The translations under genes and the position numbers were made by a program. DNA of 64,000 nt, from positions 5,065-69,064 of the forward strand of contig NIVC01001650.1 in NCBI GenBank assembly GCA_002269645.1. The letters run 5' to 3'. Numbering within the stretch: position 1 is the first letter of the stretch; every line of letters starts with the position of its first letter. The stretch comes from Macrostomum lignano. Taxonomy: Eukaryota. A model generated the notes under the pieces. It did not search any database, had not been told where the DNA came from, and was given only the letters and a program-made list of their open reading frames with translations. Shown piece by piece: positions 58,386 through 64,000 of the stretch.

Positions 58386-60873
58386 TGATGCTCCTAAAGT
58401 TTAGCACGTTTTTACTCTTTCACCTTAAAATGTGTCGTTCGGTGAAATATTATATTGATGTTATTTATTGTTGTCAAGATATTAATTAGAATAACGCAGA
58501 ACAGAATACACTTCCTGTGTAAATACAGACTGCAATTCTAAAGGCACAAGTGGAACACTTTTTGTTTCTTGGAAAAACCTATATATAATAAAATTCCTTT
58601 TAATCTTGGAGGTCTAAGAAAGGGTGCTAAATCGATTTTGGAAAGGATCACTTAGGGCCGAAGATTCGAGATTCCCCCAGAGACCACCGCTAAAACGGTT
58701 GGGAATTCTTAAAAAGCGCGTTTAATTTCATTTTGGATACTCCTGAGTGCAGGGAATCCAAGCTTAGGGATATAGGATCTTTCTGATCTATCGATTTCAG
58801 AACCCCAGAAACGTGGAGCCAAAGGCAATGCAGGATTGCAATCAGTCTGAGCCTGACACAGAGGAAGAGATCCTGAATTGAAATTGCAAAATTGCAAATT
58901 GCAATCCCTCAGGGAGGCAGTCTGGGTCAAAAGGCCTGTCCGCTCAGTTTCGCTCCAATTTCCAGAGGAAAAGTCGTCCAGCACGACATGGGAGAATGTT
59001 TTGTGCAATTTCGATACCGTGAGAGATATGGCTGCATATGGCCTGACACGGGCGTGTAGAATATTCAGTCCTTATCAATTCGGCCAATGTAGCTCACTAA
59101 GCATTCGTTCATTTGCTGACTGTTGGAGACTGCCGCTCTGTCATGGAGCATTTCAATGCGGCTTGCTCTACTCTACGCCGAGACCTGGACGCTGACGGAC
59201 GAGCGAGCGATAAATGTGGTGCTGTATGGCGCCGGCCTGGCCCTTCTCCAAGCGACTTGTCGCGTCGCCGTCGGCGACATCAGCTGGCAGGCCACATCAT
59301 CCGCGCCGAGTCGTACTGCCCAGTAGTATGACTTTTTTGCACACCCTCTTAACTTAACTTTGAAATGGGGCTTCTAATGTATTTTCAAATGATTTTTCCT
59401 CACTACAACAGTTCCGCACTTCTGGCTCACCCTTGCCGCAAGCCTGCCACCTCCCATAACTCTCCAATGGCGGGCGCAGCCGGCCGCCCCCACTAGTCGA
59501 TTTCTATTCAACCAAGGCGAAAGACAGGGCTTCTGATGTTTATTATCCGCAATTTTTGACGCAGCATCAGAACGTACATGTAATCGGTATCCAAGAGCAC
59601 TAACAGTATATTCTTTGAGTATAAGCAGAATAAGTAACAGAAGTGAAATATATTGTGTGTGAGTATTTGTTCTAATCGTCCCGGATTACCGTATACCACA
59701 CACCCTCTGCACCGGCCACGTCCCCGGAGGTTGTTCTGCTGATGCTTAAAAGGAAAGACATCTTGGTCTCTTTTACAGAGCAGAATTCATTTGATAAAAA
59801 AGATTAACATGCCTGCACTCGCAAAGTTGTGAACTCCTTCACCAGTTCGTCCGTCAGGCAGTTCACTTTTTGAGACCAGGCGCTCCAGAATTGGGTACGA
59901 GTGTCATATGGCAAATACTAAGTGGTAATTGATGGGTGATTTGTTGTGAGTTGATTGTAGGGCGAACGAGCCATGAAAATTCAAGCTTTGTTGTTGTTTT
60001 GTTGTAAAATTCAAAATTCAATATTTTTCAACTCTTACCATTTCTAATGGAACGTGCGAGTTTGCGACCTGGAACATCTTTGTGGTCTTGTAGGGATCAC
60101 CGGCGCAGTTCCGTACCGTTGGTGCCACTGCAGATACCCTACGGCCTACGCGAATCGACAGAAGCAGACGTTGAAACAGAATAAATAATGTCACAGCTCG
60201 TACTTTGTGTAAAACGTTGCAGCAAAAGGAGTTTTTTCCGTATTCGTTTTTGGACATACCCACCAAGATTGACAACTCTACGCAGTTACCAAGGGAGGAT
60301 GAATTCTTCAATAAACTTGCAATTCAGATATCACACTAAACCAGATAGATCAAGATTTCTTACCCCCCCTCACTTTTCATGCCATGCTCTGCCCAGTCTC
60401 TCTTGATTAAGCATCGCCTGACTTTTCATTTTAATTCCATGAACTAATCTCAAAGACAAGTTTTTACCGTGTTGACAAGGTAGCCAAAGGTAGGAATAAA
60501 CCAAGTTTTCTATTGACAATAAAATCCTACCTTCTTGAAGCAGTCGTTGAGTGTCTTGACAGTACTGCGTGCTAATGGGCTGAAAAATAACTGACATTAT
60601 GCTGGAATTTCATTGGCCCGCAGAGCATTCGGCAGCAACACACACTGTAAATGGGATCGCCACACAATGTGATGTTTCTCTGATTTGCTGGCATTGGAAG
60701 AAGTCCGGATGTAATAATATAAAAAGCAGTGATGTTACATGGAGGAACAAAGTAAGCTTTAATTAGACTTATAACGTTCACGGACGGAACGAAATCAAAC
60801 CAACAGAAGCTACTGGCAGAGCAGTAGTTGGAATTGAATCCTCGGATAAAAGAATCCATGGAAAGTAGAACAG

Positions 60874-61724
60874 AGTCCACTGACGGAAGAAATAGGATGG
60901 GCAGACGACGCCGGCCGACCACTGACGCGTCTTCGCTGCCTCGCCTGGCCTTCGTCGCGTTCTCCGAGGCTGCAACAGAAGCAGCGGGCATCGCCGTCTC
61001 TCGAACACTGTAGCAATCACCTTCGCCGCATCGCCCAGCTAGAGGCAGCACCAGGTTGCGCCGACGAGCTTCAGCGTGTTCGACTCGGCCTGGCCTGTCA
61101 GTTGCAGCCCAGCTTGATGGCCTGGGTTCGACTCCGCCGATGCCTGTTGGCTCTCGCAGCCGCAGCGCTGATCGGCGGCCTCACCTACGGCCTGGCCAGG
61201 GCGAGGGACCCCGGCTGGATGACATCGGGCAGCTGGACGCGTCTGCCAATCTCGACTGGCTGATCGGCACGCCACTGTTGCTGTTCGGCGCCCTGGGGCT
61301 GCTGCTGGCCGCCCAAGCCGTGGCCTGCCGCCTGCGGCTGGTCAGCCTGCGACTGCACAGGCGGCTGGCCGCCCAGCTGCCTCTCATGACGGCCGTCGCC
61401 AGCCCGAATCCGAATTCTACTTCTAATTTGAATCCAAATCCGAATTCGAATTCCAACAAAACCCGGAATTCACCCGGACACCAGCGGAACCGCCACCCGA
61501 ATCCGGTCCCGGCCGAGTCACCAGCATCAGTTCTGGTCAACCGGCCTGCACTCGATTCGAGTAGCCCAGCTGCAATCTGTGCACATAAAATCTGCATTTT
61601 CTACACAGCTTTGCACTACCGCGGATGCGCTACAAAAACTGGCAACCGAAAATCCCAGTCCGGCCATAAAATTATTGATGAAGCAGGCGGGATGCTGCCT
61701 AGGAATAAAAGCTGGATAAACTAA
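60874..61724 (+). pseudogene. Unidentified two-TM membrane protein exon with an apparent single-base-deletion frameshift (pseudogene or consensus error)
   Basis: An open frame from acceptor CAG 60873 encodes SPLTEEIGWADDAGRPL...CLLALAAAALIGGLTYGLARARD. Restoring one C in the CCCC at 61209-61212 joins it to the LDDIGQLDASANLDWLIGTPLLLFGALGLLLAAQAVAC frame (ORF 61056-61724). Confidence 0.45.
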
Positions 61725-61913
61725 ATCTTACAGAGAAGCATCTCGTAAGAGTAGGAGGGAACCCTGCTGAGAACAGCTAGTCTGTGCGTGTCGGCCAAAT
61801 ATATTGCATACCACTGTGGAAGAGTGTCCCAGAAAAAGTACAAAATTTACTGATAGTCATATACAAGCAGAATCCTGACACATTCATGCATATATATTTC
61901 TAATCCAAGCAGC

Positions 61914-62026
61914 GATACAATACATCTCATCTAGATACAATACATCTCATCTAGATACAATACATCTCATCTAGATACAATACATCTCATCTAGATACAA
62001 TACATCTCATCTAGATACAATACATC
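61914..62026. repeat. 20-bp repeat GATACAATACATCTCATCTA x5-6
   Basis: Short perfect array. Confidence 0.9.
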
Positions 62027-62425
62027 TTAAAATGGACGGAAGCAGTCAAGTTAGAGAAAAATCAACAAGCGATACAGCACCAGAGAATTCTGAAAGCAAA
62101 TAATAGAATTATTGATTGACTATGTAAAAAAAGCTTTAAAAATCAAATCAAAATAATTATTGAACTATTTGCGATTTTATGCGCGCAATCAGCTACTAAC
62201 AACGGCTAGTAGGTGAGTAAGGTTTTTCTAAACAGTTCTAAGAAAATAAATAGAAAAAAAGCAATGGATTGCAAGCAAAGCTAGCTCATATTTAACAGAT
62301 TAAGATAAGGTTTGATTTGAACGAGAATTCAAGGCGGTTCTCAGAGATGACAGGGCAGACAGCAGCAGCCTGGTTTCAGCCGGTATCTTGCGGATGCTCT
62401 AGCGATACATTTACTCAACAACCTG

Positions 62426-63438
62426 CTAGCAGGGCGGCGCATCTTAAGCACGCCGAACACCACGCTGAGCAGGGAAGCCAACCACCGCGCCGACTGCCGC
62501 GCCAGCCTGCGTGGCGACGCCAGTCAGACGCAGCCAGCGTCGGCCCTCGCGTGCTACCGCCCTCGCTGACGCTGGCAGCGATGCAGGCCTTGGCGAAGCT
62601 GAACAGCCCCGACGCGGCTGTCCAGCCGATGATCATTGAGGGCGGCGCCAAGGCCGCCGTGCAGCAGAGCGGCGTCGTGACATGGCGGCCAGCGTGGTGA
62701 CGTAGCCGCTGGCCAGACAGCCGCGGCCACCAGAGCCAGCAGGCTGCGGGCAGTCCGGGCCCGCCACAAAGGTGCAAAGCAGGCCAGGGGTTGGCCAGGT
62801 TGGCCAGGGTCACGGCCAGGTGGTAGGCGCTGTAGCCGTATGCAGGGCAGAGTAGGACTGCAACGAGGGCAGCAGCCGGTGCCCCAGGCGTTCAGCAGGG
62901 CCACCAGGCAGAGCAAGAAGGCGCGATTGGGTGCGCTGCCGCTTCGGCGAGGCTGCCGAAGGCTGGTGGTCTCGTCCGGGGTGTTGCGATGGCTGGCATC
63001 GGGCTGAGGGGATACCTGAATGGGGGGGGTTGAATCGCTGCAAGCACAGTCTTGGAGTCAAATTACCGCAGGCAACTACATCCGGTAGCTCAACCGGAAA
63101 TTACTTCGGTTCGTGATGTACCCGGATAAAGCTCGGGAAAATGTTTCTGATATTATAAAGTTCTCCTCAGTAGTTTCTCATCCTCTCTACTTTTCATTGT
63201 CTAAACGCCGATTAAACCTGAGATAACACCACCTGGCTGCGGAGGCGGCCAGCTGCTGCTCAGTCTTCAATGGCGGCCTATTAGCCAGCTTAAACGGCCA
63301 GGCGGTGAGCAGCCAGAAGGCCAGCAGGCTGTAGCAGAGCATGCCGCACAGCAGGCCGTAGAATGCGCCCACAGAGTAGCGGGGCGGCGCGTACTCCGGA
63401 TGCGTGCCGTTGATGCACTCTGGGGCGCCGCCAGATCC
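62426..63438 (-). pseudogene. SLC52A: SLC52A-family riboflavin transporter, last two exons, multiple frameshifts (pseudogene or consensus errors)
   Basis: Exon 63438-63233 encodes GSGGAPECINGT...YSVGAFYGLLCGMLCYSLLAFW. Exon ~63015/63003-62426, read across frames, gives LLCLVALLNAW, LPSLQSYSAL-YGYSAYHLAVTLANLANP-LACF, GYVTTLAAMS, GWTAASGLFSFAK and TQAGAAVGAVVGF. These match SLC52A [34 protein letters not shown] as I recall it. Confidence 0.8.
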
Positions 63439-64000
63439 CTGGGAATGATAAATAGGTCGCTTTCTAAGAAAATATCGGCGTTCTAATGCTTCAACATTGA
63501 AGCAGTTTATCACCCAGTCGGTTCTGGCTATTTATGGTAACTTTGTAAAGGCCTTTTTAATATGCAAGTATCAAAAAAACTGTTTTTGCAAGTATCAAAA
63601 AACGATACATATCGCAGAAAAGTTTCCTGAGCAATACAAGCTTAAGACAAGCTTGAGACTCAAGCTTAAGACAAGCTTATCTTTTAAGCACGACATCATA
63701 GAATTAGAAACCTAGGTATAAGAGTAGGTAGGATGAGAAGTAGAGTGCAAAAGTAGCCTACTATAAGTAGCAATATTGAGCAGTGTGAGAAGGAGTTGAT
63801 TTGGTTAAGTAGACCCACCAACCAAAAGCGAGCGAAGGTGTCCACCCTCAGTTTTGCTTTCATCGAAAATAAAATTGCAATTTCGTGTGTTCATTGTGTT
63901 GAAATTTTTTGTAGTAATTACTGTTCGATAACGATAAGGCGGCACTTATACGCTGCGCACCTGTGCGCCATGGCTATGCCGATGGGGCCTTGGTTCTTAG

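Noticed and set aside
58878-59331. Short Cys-containing ORFs with a faint RAMP-like IRSFADCW stretch
   Set aside because: The similarity is limited to a few residues; no signal peptide or consistent splicing.

Overview
Intron-rich animal genomic DNA with GC-rich exons and a very high density of minisatellites. By style it resembles the free-living flatworm Macrostomum; this is an inference, not a database match. Hand-spliced GT-AG models with consistent phases give: (1) the 5'-truncated 3' part of an FHAD1-like coiled-coil gene (+, 323-12077, 12 exons including a 27-nt microexon); (2) a compact prospero/Prox homeobox gene (+, 16990-20701); (3) a GH20 beta-hexosaminidase (+, 27798 to at least 38637); (4) a MYLIP/IDOL-like FERM-RING E3 ligase (+, 42692-45866); (5) an intronless Toll-ectodomain-like LRR transmembrane receptor without TIR (-, 47911-50340); (6) a frameshifted two-TM ORF (+, ~60874-61724); (7) a frameshift-riddled SLC52A riboflavin transporter (-, ~62426-63438). 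Mobile DNA comprises a Tc1 transposase relic, a TIR-flanked MITE-like element, two inverted tRNA/CORE-SINE copies, a foldback-like structure and a Penelope-like retroelement carrying a hammerhead ribozyme motif. Most long ORFs in the supplied track are artefacts of tandem repeats. The most interesting pattern is that several tandem repeats are homotypic arrays of transcription-factor motifs placed at genes whose homologs are regulated by those factors elsewhere. Examples are eight CLEAR-type E-boxes just upstream of the lysosomal hexosaminidase and nuclear-receptor half-site arrays in the introns of the IDOL homolog.
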